From NCBI GenBank assembly GCA_013265495.1, contig MU058065.1, forward strand, positions 248,001 to 312,000: a stretch of DNA of 64,000 nt, given 5' to 3'. Numbering within the stretch: position 1 is the first letter of the stretch; the number at the start of each line of letters is the position of its first letter. The notes under the pieces were generated by a model, which worked only from the letters and a program-made list of their open reading frames with translations, was not told the DNA's origin and ran no database searches. Source of the DNA: Vicugna vicugna. Taxonomy: Eukaryota. Shown here piece by piece: positions 49,481 to 63,265 of the stretch. The translations under genes were made by a program, and so were the position numbers.

Positions 49481-52400
49481 GAACTTCCATTTTTGTGCCA
49501 GTTCACTGTTGTAAAGTGCTTTCACACACCACGTCACACAACTCATTCCCCTGTTGAAGGAACTAGAGCTCAGGGAAGTTAAAATAACTTGCCTGAAATC
49601 TTGTGGCCAATGAAGAGTTGTGTCAGAATAAAGCATCCTCAACAGGCTCTAAGTTGGAACTGTTTTCATCACATCCCACTGCCCTCAGGTTGTAGGAAAC
49701 ACAGAGGGACACTCAAGGAAAAAGGGAAACTTCAAATTCTCAGTTTGTTTTTTCATTTCTTTCTTCCTTGTCTTCTATCTTTCAATCAAAATATTTTCTT
49801 TGTAAAGCTGCTGTCCCCACCCTCTACTTCAAATGCTGTTTTGGTGAACTGTGGTATATGGGAGATTGGATGCATGAGATCAAGCGCTGAATCACAGATG
49901 ATCAACTTATTGACACATAAGCATTTAGCTCTTTTCAAAGGCTGGAAATAGATTGAGGGCTAGAGCTGGTCATGACTTTTAGTCTCAGAGATTAATTCTA
50001 GCAAAATCAAGTGGATCTAGCTGGCTGCTTAGCTTCTTGGTAGTATAAATCCAACCACCAAATTAAGGATAGATGAAAGGAGAATGGTGGGGGGGGTGAG
50101 GGGTGGAGCTAAAATTTCTTCATATGTCCTTCCTAGCTGACTGTGCTGTTGCTTTCAAAGGGGAAATTGTATGTGGGCAATGAATCCTGTTTCTCAGTTC
50201 TCTCTTGGCTTCCCCAAAAATGATTCCCAGATTCCAGAACAAATTTGTTATTTTAAATATTTAGTGCTTTTATGAATTTTTACCTTTTTTGGAGGGCTTT
50301 CTGTTAAAATCGCTACACAGAGATATCTAGAATGGCCTCATTTTTAGCTTTTGAGTTGAAATGCATGAAATACAATTAGTGCACTTAAATCTTGATGAAT
50401 GTTTACAGAAATAAAGCCATGTCATCACTACCCAGACCAACATGTACAATTTTTCCAGCTCCTAGAAGGCTCCCAGGCACCCTTTCCCGTTGACTTGCTC
50501 TATTTTAACTCAAAAACTTATCTCTGGTTTTGACTAGATCTTTAGGCTTGTCTTTGGCAAAAATTCATTCTTGGTTCAAAATAGAATAGATTGTGGTTAC
50601 ATGGTTATTATAAATATCTCTAAGAAACATCTCTTTTTGTTGAAACTATGTAAGAAAACACCATTACATTTTACTTGTCATCCATGTATGTTAAAATAAC
50701 CAAAGGAAGAGGATTTGGGGTCAAATGCCATTAAAGTTTTTATTCAACACAAAAATATAACAACACGCACTTGGAAACATAGGGCCAAACCCCAACTGCC
50801 TGCTGACCTCCCATTTATCATATGTTCTGAGCCCACAAAATTGAAGTGCTTAATGGAGCCCTCTGTGGGGAAAAAAAATCCCCTTCATCACTTTCTTTTG
50901 TCGACATGGAATACCTTACCTAGCCACAAGTAGCATGGAGGAAGCTCTTTTCAGCCATTTTTCATTTTATTCAAGCCCAAGAGAAAACCACCATGATTCC
51001 CAATTGGGAGGAACAGTCAATATCCTGCTACCAATACGTCAGCATCAAGGAGAGATGCAGATCATTACTTACTCTCTCTTCTTACTGAGCATTTAAAAGT
51101 TTATGTTGTTTGTTAATGTAGATTTACTTCACATATTACCTAGTTTCTCAATAGATTCACTTTTGAAATCTGACCGTGTTTCGAACACAAATCAGTCACA
51201 CAGATGACGTTAGACAGACTTCTGGCAGTTGCTTTAAGATTAAGATGTACGTTGTGTTTGCTTGTGTCTTAATGTCTGCACTCAGGGAAAACACAGCACA
51301 CACTGGTGGAAAAGAATGTTTTATTCTCAAACACCAGGACTGCTGTTCATTGGTCTGACTTGAGAAACATGCTCATTCCTCAATCAATCACTATGGCCAA
51401 GGGAATGAGATATGGTGATTGGTCAGATTTGGGAAAGATGCCCATCCCTGGGTATGGAGGGATATAGGAGGTAGCTCACTCTACAGACCACTTTAGACAA
51501 AGAATGGAGAACTGTGGTTCCTAAGGGAAACCTGCTGTTCCCGAGACAAGAGGAGTGTAGACGCATCAGGCAAAAGACTCCTGGGTATGTTGGAGGTGGG
51601 GGGGAGGGGATGGGTCTCAAGGTCGAAGTTCAGAGCAGGAAGGCCCTTTTGTAAAGCTGGTATTTTAAGACTCATCTGGTTCTTTGAGAGACTTGTGGGA
51701 AGTTGGAGAAGTGATCGTGTATCCTCAAACCTCCAAAAATTTGAATGCCCTGAAAAGTTATGTGGGTTTCCTATGATGTATGTAAACTGCCTATTCTAGG
51801 GCCTTTTGCAAAGAGGGTTCTTTCAACATATACTTTCCTTTTCCATCCCCTTTGCTTTATAACTTCTCACCAACAACCTGCAAAAGACCAAGACTGGAGT
51901 TCAGTTGGAGAGATTATCAAAAAGGGGAGGACGGTTATTCTTGGCCAATATTAATTCATTTGATTTTTTTCACACTCTTCCAAACCATAATGGAAACCTG
52001 TCTTATTGAGAATTGACTGTGCTCTTCCAACTCATTTATACCAAAAAAATTATATATATAATATATACATATGTAGATTATCAACCAGTGATATTTACTG
52101 TCTTTTCTTTATTGAACATTTTAACATTTGTGTTTTTGGTAATGTATATTTAATTCATATAAATACAGTCAAAGTTAATTTCTTAAAGAGGGCATTCATG
52201 GGTAAATACGTCTTGTGCAATTTTTTTCATACTTAGTACATAGTTTGGAAATTTTAGAATATTTTAAAAAAGTTCTTAAAAATATTTGAATGTTCTGTTG
52301 GGTTCCAGATCAATTTTCACATAACTGTGAGCAAATAAACAAGCAAAATCATGAGAGTAAGGAACTGGCCAGTTTCACTGTTATATGTATTCTGGATTCT

Positions 52401-53964
52401 GGTTTCTGGCTAAATCTTGTTTTCTCCTTGATCTTCTGATGATATCTGGTCTTATAGATGATGTTTCTTTACTAAGAGATGTGATATTAATGAACTCAGG
52501 AATAACAAGCATTATTTAGGTTAAAGCTTATTTATCTTTTTTTCTATTTAAAAAAATAGCATGGAGTCAATAAATGTTTCTTTCCTATGACTACATTCTC
52601 TGTCTCATCCAGAATATCTTCTCCATGTGAATTTTTTAAGGGGTAGGGGGCTTGGTGGGGAAGAGTTCTTACTGGGAAATTCATCTTCTTTATTTTCGAT
52701 AACTGGGTTAAGTACCTCCCTGAGCTCATCCTGCCAAGTTCTGTCCAGAGCCTCTTTGATCTCTTCTCACTGCCTTATATGGGTGTGGGAAGGATTAATT
52801 AATTAACACTTATGAAGAGCTTTGAAGATGAAGGTGCTTTGTTTGTGCCGCCATGTTCTCTTGGTCTCCCCTGTCTCCAGATTTGACTGTGTAGAGGTCT
52901 TTCTCCAACCCTCCCCACCAAGGTAGAGACTATGTGTTTGGACTTGTAGGGATGGTTTACTGAACTTGCAAAGAAAGAAAGCCTAGGTTTTGCATTAGAG
53001 AATAAAATAGACCCAAAAGAAACATTCTTTTTGCTCCTGGACTTGCCAAAACATAGAAATCCCATTTGAGGTCAAACTCCTTAACTTCAGAAAGTTTTTG
53101 AAGTTGTGGGCATTGCATATGTGTAGTGTATTTACATTTTCTAAGCCTTTTTGTAACCCCAATGCCCTTCCCATCATGTGACAATGTCCAAGTTAGTCAT
53201 CTTCAGTAACATTTACTCCCAATCCCCGCTTCCCTTCCAGTGAATAGAGTACTGGCCTCTGTCATGCTCCCCTGAGGTTGCCATTTCTCTCACTGTGGTT
53301 CAGCCTCACTTTTCTTCCATGATGGAATCTACACCTTTGTAATATGTCTTCCGACTTCTTCATTAAACCACATACAGAACATTATCATGTCAACATTTTT
53401 CCATTTTGAATGCCTCTTCTTATACCAACATGGTACCCAGAAAGTGGCCTGATCATTGATGGGCTCTTGAATGCAGATGATTTAATAGATGCAACCAGAG
53501 ACTCCACTCAGGACTGTCATGTGACCATGACCCTTCTACTGACAGTACTACAGAGTCTTCCTATGAGTACCTGTGAGTGTTAAGACAGCCTCAAAATTTT
53601 TTTTAGTGACCTGAAATGTCTTTTTGTGAGTGGAAGGAAAGAGAAATCTTTGTGAAAATTGCAAAGACATGTAGAATCCAAACCAAATGAAGACTGTATT
53701 TCTTAATTTTCAGAGACAGTGGTGATGATTTTATATAGATGTGCCACCAAATAAAGTGTTGCTTTAGTACATTCTGCCTTTATGAAACTCATTCCTTAAT
53801 TTGGGATTGCTAAGTGGGTGTTCAGCTTTGAGATTTTGCTTGTGTGTTTTATTCGTTCCAAAATCATGTTAAACAAAAGCAATTTTTATTTTTCATGTCT
53901 TTTACACCATCTCATTATATTTACTTCTGTTTTCTTGTTTGGTTGAGAGTAGCTTTACAGAATA

Positions 53965-54545
53965 ATTGTCATGATAATTACCCTTTACAGAGCATCTGCA
54001 AAACTCCAGGAACATACTAGGTACCTTTCTTCCAATATTTCATTTAATCTTCATTACAGTTCTCTGTAAGTTTTAATATTCTCATTTGGTACCTGGAGAA
54101 ATAGGGGCTCAGAGAGATTACTAATTTGCCCAGGGTTAAGGAGCTTGTAAATGGTGAAGCTGGGGTCTAAACTTAGACCAGAATCTGTCCAGATTTCATG
54201 CCTAGAGTCCACGCTCTGACATCCCACCCTCTTTGGGACAGCATTTACTACCAGAGAAAGTTACTTCTCTTCAGAGATGTAAAAGACAAGAAGAACTTTA
54301 CAATCCACCCAGAGTGTCATCTAGCATGGCGGAAATTCTTCAAAATTTCTCTAGCTGATTTTTTAGTTTGTTTGGATTGCACTGAGTACACACTGGCTGG
54401 GGTGACATTGCATAGACCTCTAAATCCTTTTAAGCTTCAATATCTTTATCCGTAAAATGGCAATGATGATAATACCCACATCAAGGGATTTTTGCATGTG
54501 ATCATTACAGGAACTGTGTAGTGAGTGCTGAGTTGCTACTTTAAT
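53965..54545. mobile_element. Two MIR copies in opposite orientation
   Basis: 'ggagaaataggggctcagagagattactaatttgcccaggg' (minus) and 'ctttatccgtaaaatggcaatgatgataatacccacatcaaggg' (plus). Confidence 0.7.
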
Positions 54546-54559
54546 TCCTTTAGGAAGCA

Positions 54560-55260
54560 ACTACATTATTCTTGATGAGAGAGTGTGAAACTCTGAACTA
54601 TCGACAATTGAAAGGAACTGACATTTATGAGAGAAACTGCTTGGATAAGAGACTTGAGCGAAAAGGAAGACTTCAAAAGAAAGCATGCCTGTGAGGCGAA
54701 GCTGATTTAACTGAGGAGGGGATCACAGGACGAGGAGCAGGATGAAGAGTGCAGTGTGGAACGTGTTGGGTTTGAGGTGATGGGAGAATTTCTGTGTAGA
54801 GATGTTGAGCAGAACTTTGCAGTTGAAGTTTAGCTGAGAGGAGAGAAGACCTAGTTAAGGAAGCAGGCTTGAGAGCCATCTGTAGAAAGAAGCTATTTGA
54901 GATATCAATGTGGATGAGGTTGTCTAGAAGAAGAGTATCAAATCAGAAGCAAATTCTGGATACAGAAACTTGTGAAAGTCTACACTTAAGGAACAGGCAT
55001 TCACAGAGGATCCAGAAAGGGTTCTGAAAGGAAATGAGAGATTGAAAAACCAGAGAATGTATTCCACTACAAAGAAGAATAGAGTTTCAAGTAAAGTTTG
55101 ACATTAGTGTTGACTTCTGCAGAGGTTGACAAGGATGGAAGGGCTGTGATTTTGCAATTAAGAGATTGTTGAAAACTTTTGAGAAAATAGTTTCAGAAGA
55201 GCCATTGGAACCAAAGACATGTTACAAAGGGGAGGCAGGATGGGTTAGTGTTGAGACACA
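54560..55260 (-). mobile_element. L2 LINE fragment
   Basis: 'gtgttgggtttgaggtgatgggagaatttctgtgtagagatgttgagcag', 'gaaaacttttgagaaaatagtttcagaagag'. Confidence 0.65.
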
Positions 55261-55366
55261 GGAGCCAGTGAACAAACACTATTCAGACCAGTGTCAGGTG
55301 AGATCTTGAGCTTGTCTTATCCATTCGGGAATAGGAAAGGCCAAAATAGTTGCTTGGGTGTCTTAG

Positions 55367-55852
55367 TGTCTTGGGTTGAGTCCCACCAAAAGCTGACTCG
55401 GGCAAGGATTTGAGTACAAGTAGTTTATTTGGGAGATGAGCCAGGAGGAACCAATAGGGGAATGAGGACTTGGGACAGAGAAGGGAAGAAACCAATACAG
55501 GGTGTTATGATCAAATTACTGCTGTGGCAACTGGGGCCCATTCCTGTCGGGGACATCTGGGAGGGGAGACAACCTGGACTACACCTCGAACCTGCTCTTT
55601 TGGGGAGGCAAGGAAGCTCAAGCATTTATCCTCCAACTCTTACCTATATATTGACTTGAGAGTTGTTTTCAGAATGTCAATGCCTTGCCTCTGATCTGTC
55701 CTGTGCTCGCATAAAACATACCAATAACAAACAAATGGAACCCTCCTCCTCCCCAACAAACAGAAAACCTCAGATAAAGTCATAAGTGGTTGCAGTGGGA
55801 GGCTGTCCATGTATGAGGTGAGTTCAGAGAGGTGTGGGCAGGGTCTGTTGCA
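55367..55852 (-). mobile_element. ERVL LTR, LTR16-like
   Basis: 'tgtcttgggttgagtcccaccaaaagctgactc...caaggatttgagtacaagtagtttatttgggagatga'. Confidence 0.75.
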
Positions 55853-55909
55853 ATTAGGGATGGACTAGGCAGGGTGGAGACAGAGGAAAGGAAAGGAAAG
55901 GAGTAAGGG

Positions 55910-56062
55910 ATTAACATTTATTGAGCACCTAATACATATGCGACACCAGGTGTTTTAGTGTGTGTGTGTGTGTGTGTGTTTGTGTATGTTTCAGTCTCCT
56001 TTTGTTCTCGTAACTTTCCCATGAAGAAATTGAAGTTCAGAGAGATGAAGTAACTTCTCAAT
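55910..56062 (-). mobile_element. MIR with an internal (GT)n microsatellite (55958-55988)
   Basis: 'aacatttattgagcacctaat', a gt run, then 'atgaagaaattgaagttcagagagatgaagtaactt'. Confidence 0.75.
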
Positions 56063-57209
56063 GAGACTCATTTCTTCCTTAGATCATCTAAATGTAAAGC
56101 CATTCCACCATTCAGCAAGAAAACCTAGGGCCTTAATGGGGGGCATAGTTGAAACAGTGGCCTGTGGTGTGTTTGGACAGATACTCTCATCAAAATGATG
56201 CGCTTTGTTTCTGAATGTGCGCTTTCATTCCTTCCCTCATTTGGAAGGAGTAATTAATAGTTTGGTTTTATAAAGATCCCCTGTGGGTTTATGGGCTGTG
56301 CATGGAAATCAAAATAGCTAAAAGAATAATGAATTGTGTTAACAAAGGATATTATTATCTCTTCTAATGATTTATGTTGTTTGAAACTCAGATGTAAGAT
56401 TTGCTATGATTATCTTGTAATGCTGAAGATAGAAGTTGTTAGGCTCATCCCGTCCCTCTCGGTTCCCTCCCTCTCTTCTCCTTGTTGTCTTCGGGAGCTT
56501 GATCCTTGGGGTCTCCTACCTGAGTTCAGTGCTTTCAGATGCTACCCTTCCAGGGCTTTGACTGATAACACTCTGGGGGAACTCTGCCCCTCCTGGTTAG
56601 AACCCTGCCCTCCTTTACCCTCTTTCCTTAAAGGTCCCTTAAAGATCTGCTCACTCCTGCAGCTCAGGCAGTTGTGTTGTTTCTGGCTTTCTCTCGCCTC
56701 CCTTGATACCTTTCTCTTCTGTGTCTTAATCCCCAGGCTGTTGGCACCAACCCCAGCTAATCTGATAAAGATCACTCTGGTGAATGCTCTCAGCGGGAGA
56801 GACCAGAGCAGCAAGAGGCCCTTCAGGCAAGCCCCTCCCTCCCAGGAAGTCTCTCTGAATGGTTGTATTCTGTTAATGATTTTCCAGTTTTGGTTTCATG
56901 TTGTAAAAATAAAAGATATAAAAATAACAGCAGAGAGTCTTCTGGGAAAAGAAACAGGATGGAAATAAGCACCCTTACCCACCCCACCATCCTGACACAC
57001 TGGTTTTTTTCTTTCTGCCTGTTCCTTGCAACTCTATTCTCGTATGGTGTTTTGAGGTCTGTATTTTTAAACTTAGCTTTATTTCAGAATCATATAAAAT
57101 CATTTAAAATCTATTTCTTCACAACCTTCCTAATTCTCCCTTTTAATAGCCAATTAATATTCTATTGTATTGGTGGCACCGTATTTAACAATTCTCTTCA
57201 TTAAGGGAA

Positions 57210-60200
57210 GTTTTTATTTCTCTAGGACAAAAGCCTGGGAGTGAAATTGCTAGGCTGTATGATAAATCTATTTTTAGTTTTAGAAGAAACTGCCGAGCTA
57301 TTTTCCAGAATGGCCGGACCGTATTACATTCCCACTAGCGATGTATGAGAGATCCGGTTTCTCCACATCCTCCTCAGCACTTGGTATCTGTTATTATCAT
57401 TAATTTTATTCATTCTAATAGGGCTTGTCTGTGATAATCTCAGATCAAGCCTGTTGTTCCATTGAAATAATTAATTGACTATATTCTCCATACTGTACAT
57501 TTCACATCCATGACTCATTTATTTTGTAACTGGAAGTTTGTACCTACCTCTTAATCTCCTTCTCCTATTTCTCTCATCTCCCCTTGTCTCTCCCTTCTGA
57601 CAACCACCTGTTCTCGGTATCTATGATTCAGTTTCTGTTTTGTTATGCTTGTTCATTTGTTTTGTTTTCCTTAGATTCCACACATAAGTGAAATCATACA
57701 GTGTTTGGCTTTATCTGACTTATTTCCTCCAGGTCTATCCATTTTCTCACAAACTGCAACACTTCATTCTTTTTCATGGCTGAGCAATATTCCACTATAT
57801 TGATATACACCACATCTTCTTTATCCATTCATCCATTCGTGGGCACTTAGGTTGTTTCTATACCTTGGCTATTGTAAATAATGCTGCAATTAATATAGGG
57901 GTAAAAAGATCTTTTTCAGATTAGTGGGTTTTTTTTAGATAAATACCCAGAAGTCAAATTGCTGGTCATATGGTAGTTCTATTTTTAATTTCTTGAGGAA
58001 CCTCCATACTGTTTCTATAGTGGTTGCACCAATTTACATTCCCGCCAGCAGTGCACAAGGGCTCCCTTTTCCTAGTTCTGTGAAAAATGCCATTGAATCT
58101 ATAGATTGCCTTGGGTAGTATGGCCATTTTAGCAATATTAATTCTTCCAACCCAAGAACATAGTGCATTTTCCCATTTGTTTGTGTTGTCTTCAACTTCC
58201 TTTTTTCAGTGTCTTATAGTTTTCCCAGTACAGGTTTTTACTTTCTTAGCTAGATCTGTTCCTAGGTATTTTATTCCTTTTGATGTGACTGTTAGTGAGA
58301 TTGTTTTCTTAAATTTCTTTCTGATAGTTCATTTTTAGTTATAAAACACAACAGATACAACTTTACTGAATTCATTTGATGAGTTCTAGAAAATTTTGGG
58401 TGGTGTCTTTAGGATTTTATATATAGTATCATGTCCTCTGTAAACAGTGACAGTTTTCCTTCTTCCTTTCCTATTTGAGTTCCTCTTATTTTCTTTTCTT
58501 ATCTAATTGCTATGGCCAGGACTTCCAGTACTACACTGAATAAAAGAGGTTAGAGCGGGCATCCCAATCTTCTTTCTGATCTTAGAGGAAATGCTTTTAG
58601 CTTTACATCATTGAGTGTAATGTGGTCTTGTCATATATGCCCTTTATTATGTTGAGCTATGTTCCCTCTATACCCACTTTGTTGAGAATCTTTATCAGAA
58701 ATGGATGTTGACTTTTATCAAATGCTTTTTCTGTATCCAGTGAGATAATCATATAATTTTTATTCTTCAATTTGTTAATGTAGTATATCACACTGACTGA
58801 TTTGCAGTTGTTGAACTATTTTTGCATTCCTGGGATAAATCCAACTTGATCATGGTGTATGATCCTTTTAATGTATTGTTGAATTCAGTTTGCTAATGTT
58901 TGTTGAGTATTTTTGCATCTATGTTCATCAGTGATGTTGGCCTGTAATTTTCCTTGGTGACTTTGTCTGGTTTTGATATTAGAATGATGTTGGCCTTGTA
59001 GAATGTGTTCAGAAGCATTCCTTCCTCTGTAACTTTTTGGAATGTTTTGAGGAGAACTGGTGTTCAATCTCCTTAAAATTCTGGTAGAATTCACCTGTGA
59101 AGCCACTTGATACTGGACTTTCGTTTATTAATAGTTTTTAAATTACTGATTCAATTTCATTACTGGTATTTGGTACATTCATATTTTCTATTTCTTCCTG
59201 ATTTAGTCTTGGGAGATTGTACATTTCTAGGAATTAATCTGTTTCTTCTAGGTTGTCCATTTTATTGGCGTATAATTGTTCATAGTAATTTCTTATGATC
59301 CTTTGTATTTCTGTAGTGTTGATTTTAACTTCTTTTTCATCTCTGATTTTATTTATTTGAGCTTTTTCTCTTTTTTCTTTGATAGGTGTGGCTAAAGTTT
59401 TATCAATTTTGTTTATCTTTTCAAAGAACAAGTTCTTAGCTTTATCCATCTTTTCTTTTTCTTAGTCTCTGTTTTATTTATTTCTGCTCTGATCTTTCTG
59501 ATCGCTTTTCTTCTACTAACTTTGAGTTTCATTTGTTCTTTGTTTATAGTTCCTCTAAGTATGTTAGACTGTTTATTTGATATTTGTCTTATTTCCTGTG
59601 ATAAGCTTGTATTGCTCTAAACCTCCCTTTTAGAACCTCTTTTGCTGTGTCTCATAGATCTTCAATCATTTTGTTTTTATTTTCATTTGTCTCTAGGTAT
59701 TTTTTGATTTCCTCTTTGTTTTCTTCAGTGATCCATTGGTTGTTTAATAGCATATTGTCTAGTCTCACATGTTTGTCTTTTTGCAGTTTTTTTTTTCTTG
59801 TAGTTGATTTCTATTCTCATAGTGTTGTGCTTAGAAAAGATATTTGGTACAACTTTAATCTTCTTAAATTTACTGAGACTTCAAGGTTTGGTTCCTTTTT
59901 ATATCTTTAGTTGTAGAAAATCTTTTCTGCTAGTCTTTGGGCCTTTCTCATCAATAGTTGCTCTGTAAATAGTTGTCATTTTGGTGTGCCTGTGAGAGGA
60001 GGTGCTTTCAAAGTCTTTCTACTCCACCATCTTGGCCACACTCCTCATGTGCTTCTTTGTCATCTGTGTCTTTAGCAAAATGACTATTCATGTCTTATGC
60101 CTATTTTTAAATTGGATTGTTTATTTTTAATATTGAGGTTTTTTGTATGGAAACATACACGTAACATAAAATTGACCATCTTAACCATTTTTATGTGCAC

Positions 60201-60915
60201 AGCTTAGTAGTGTTATGTACATTCACATTGTTGTACAACCAGCCTCCAGGAGTCTTTTCTTCTTGCAAAACTGAAATTCTATACCAGTTAAACCTCTCCA
60301 TATTCCTCCTTCCAACCCCTGGCAAGCATGATTCTACTTCCTGTGTTTATGAAGTTGACTACTCTAGGTGACTTATGTAAGTGAAATCATATAGTATTTA
60401 TCTTTCTGTGACTGGCTTAGTTCAGTTAACATTAATGCCCTCAAGCTTCATTCATGTTGTAGCATGTGTCAGAATTTCCTTCCTTTAAGGTAGCATATTA
60501 TTCCATTGTATATTTTTAACTTAGCATAGTATGTACTGCATTTTGTTTATACAATCATCTGTAGATGAATAATGTGAATTTTTAACAGTTCTTTATATAT
60601 TGTAGATAAAATTTGTTTGTTAGTTATGTGATTTGTTAATATTTTCCCCAGTCTCTAATTTGTTCTTTATTCTCTCAGTAAGGTCTTTCACAGGCCAAAT
60701 GTTTTTAATGTTGATGACATCTTTTTTTAAAAATTTATCCTTTTATGAATCATGCCTTTGGTTTCAAGTCTAAGAACTCTTCACCCAGTCCTAGATATGG
60801 AAGATTCTCTCCTATGTTTTTTCAAAAAGTTTTAAAGTTTCACGTTGTACATTTTAGTTTGTGATCTATTCTGAGTTAATTTTTGTGTAAGGTATGAGGC
60901 TTAGGTCAAGATTCA
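57210..60915 (-). mobile_element. Nested L1 cluster: old L1MB-type host (57210-57440, 60046-60130, 60575-60915) interrupted by a younger internally deleted L1 (about 57470-60045) and a second L1MB 3' end (about 60140-60570)
   Basis: Host reads '...ttcattctaatagg' and resumes 'tcatgtgcttctttgtcatctgtg'. The inner element has 3' UTR (57470-58070), ORF2 (58071-59880; ORF 59234-59449 'FFEKINKIDKTLA...QINKIRDEK...EIQRIIRNYYEQLYANKMDNLEE') and a 5'-end-like segment ending 'ccaccatcttggcc'. Confidence 0.85.
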
Positions 60916-61421
60916 TGTAACTTTTTTAATGTAATGGAATCTTTTATTTAGAAAAGGAATGGGATTAGTAAGGCAGGAAGTATGTAAGTTTTAAAAAATA
61001 TCTGGGTTTTACTTCTAATTTAGAGGATGACTATGATACTGGAAATCTTAAGTGCTGGGAAATTCAAACTCAGTATGAGGAAATAGGACAATCTTAGCAC
61101 ATATGTAAGTGAGATATTTACAGAGCAGGTGGGAATCCTGGAATGCCCCATACAGAGAACAAACAACACATGCTGGTTTGTCTTGTACTGACTCAGATCA
61201 CACCTACTGTTCCACTGAAATTATTAATAGTGCCACTTCCACTGTCAAAGGGTACTGGTTTCTTCAATACAGAATATTCTGATTCCATGATTCTACCCTA
61301 AAGCAAGTACGGTAGATTAAAAAAACATTTGTCTTTCTAAGAGACTAAATTGGTACTTTAACTTCAGAAACATACAGAAATTTCCTGATGGAAGAAATCT
61401 TAGGGATGCTTTAGACTGGTC

Positions 61422-61660
61422 AACATTTATCTAGTACTTGTTATGTGCCAGGCACTGTTCTAAGAATTTTACATATAATAGCCAATCCTTACTGCCATCT
61501 TTTTGGTGGGTTTTATTTTTTCACTTTCATTTCACAGACAAGGCTACTGAGGGACAGAGAAGCTAAGTAACATGGCCAAGTCCTTGTGGCTGGGACTTAG
61601 AATGCTGTGATTCAGGTCAAACAGAGTCGCTCCAGAGACTGGGCTTAACCGCTGCTCACC
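61422..61660 (-). mobile_element. MIR SINE
   Basis: 'tatgtgccaggcactgttctaag...catttcacagacaaggctactgagggacagagaagctaagtaacatggccaag'. Confidence 0.8.
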
Positions 61661-62659
61661 CACCTCTCTCTCTACGTGGTTCTATAGATGCGCAAAGAAT
61701 GCCCAAGAAGGTTAATAATGTTAAAGGGGTGAGAGTTTCCCTATTGTAACCAGGTTACCAGTGATATCTGGCAAGTAAAATAGACTATGGAATCCTAAAG
61801 CCAGAATATTTCTCCTTGTGTGGGAAACACAAGTTAATTAAGGCTTGGAATGTAGTTGCAGCTGCACATTGTGAGACCTTGGGCAAGTCACTTAATGAAT
61901 TTCAACCTCCTTATTGAAGAGGGATGATGAAAATACCTAACTCACATAAACTATGAGTATGTAGGCGGGTGATGAATGTTGGTGGTGTTACCTGAGTTAC
62001 GTTTTATCAGAAAACCACTGGAATGGTATTGAAGTGGTGTTCTTTATATCTTGGCTTGGAAAGTCACAGTTTATTCTTTTGTGTGTCTGTTTACTCTGAA
62101 TCTTCTCTCTCACATGCTGCTCTGTCAGTGGGTAAAGATAGAAGTGGCCCCAATACATAGGTCAACAGAACCAGAAGCACTGGTTGACATCCAAGTCTCG
62201 CCTGTATTTCTGAAGCAACTTTGCTCTTATTTGCCATCATACCCCTGAATGGAACAGATGTTTATAGCTCATGGGTAAGTGTCCAGTTTATAGCACATGC
62301 CTAGAGGCAGCATAGAGAGATACTTAGTTCTGATGCTACAGATGAAATGCCCGCAGAATATACGGGAAGAAAGGTCTGCGTAATATACCGTTAAGCTCTG
62401 AGTCCTTTTTATCAAAACAAGGTGTAGTCACCTTTATATAGATGGTGCCAGAGGGTTTCAAGTTATATCACGAGTTACTCAGGAAGAGTTTGAAGAAAAA
62501 CAGCAGGGTATTCCATTAAAAGTCAAAGAAAGATTCAAACATCCCTTTTAATCCTGCTCAAAATTAGACCCAGAAAGGGTGAAAATAGAAGCATACAAAT
62601 GTCATACTTATTTTGACTATGTTGATATTGTGAAAAATAAAAATAAAAATTTTGGTAAG

Positions 62660-63150
62660 GAGAGGCATCATGGAAAAGTCCAGGGTTATGTGCTCTGGAA
62701 CCCAGCTTTGAATTCTGATGTGAATCTTAGTGCTGCCATGCACACCTGTGGCCTCCATCCATTCCTTATTCACTGTGGTTCAATTTCCTCTTTCTCAAGA
62801 TGGGGCTAATAATAGTACCTACTCCACAGGCCGACCGCAAGGATTAAATGAGAAAACACATGTAAAGAATTGAAAACAGCAAAAGATTATACTGTATAGC
62901 ACAGGAAAATATACACAAGGTCTTGTCGTAGCTCACAGTGAAAAAGAATGTGACAATAAATACATGTATGTTCATGTATAACTGAAAAATTGTGCTCTGC
63001 ACTGGAAACTGACACAACATTGTAAACTGACTATAACTCAATTAAAAAAAATCTAGAATTAGCAAAAAAAAAAAAAAAGAAAAAAAGAAAAAAGAAAACA
63101 GCACTGGCACATAGTAAGCCCACAGTATGTATTGACTTTTATTTGTGTTA
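62660..63150 (+). mobile_element. MIR split by a young L1 insertion
   Basis: 'ttcaatttcctctttctcaagatggggctaataatagtacctactccacagg...aaggattaaatgag', resuming 'aacagcactggcacatagtaagc'. Confidence 0.8.
62882..63093 (+). mobile_element. Young 5'-truncated L1 tail with poly(A) and TSD
   Basis: TSD gaaaacagca at 62872-62881 and 63094-63103, with a long A-rich tail. Confidence 0.85.
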
Positions 63151-63179
63151 CCTAAACAGGTGTGCTTCTATAACGTCAG

Positions 63180-63224
63180 GGTCCTTCAACAGATGAATGG
63201 ATAAAGAAGATGCAGTGTATGTGT

Positions 63225-63265
<41 letters not shown>

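Noticed and set aside
56336..56968. Longest ORF in the window (210 aa)
   Set aside because: Non-ATG start, Leu/Ser/Pro/Cys-rich composition typical of pyrimidine-rich non-coding DNA, and no recognisable domain.
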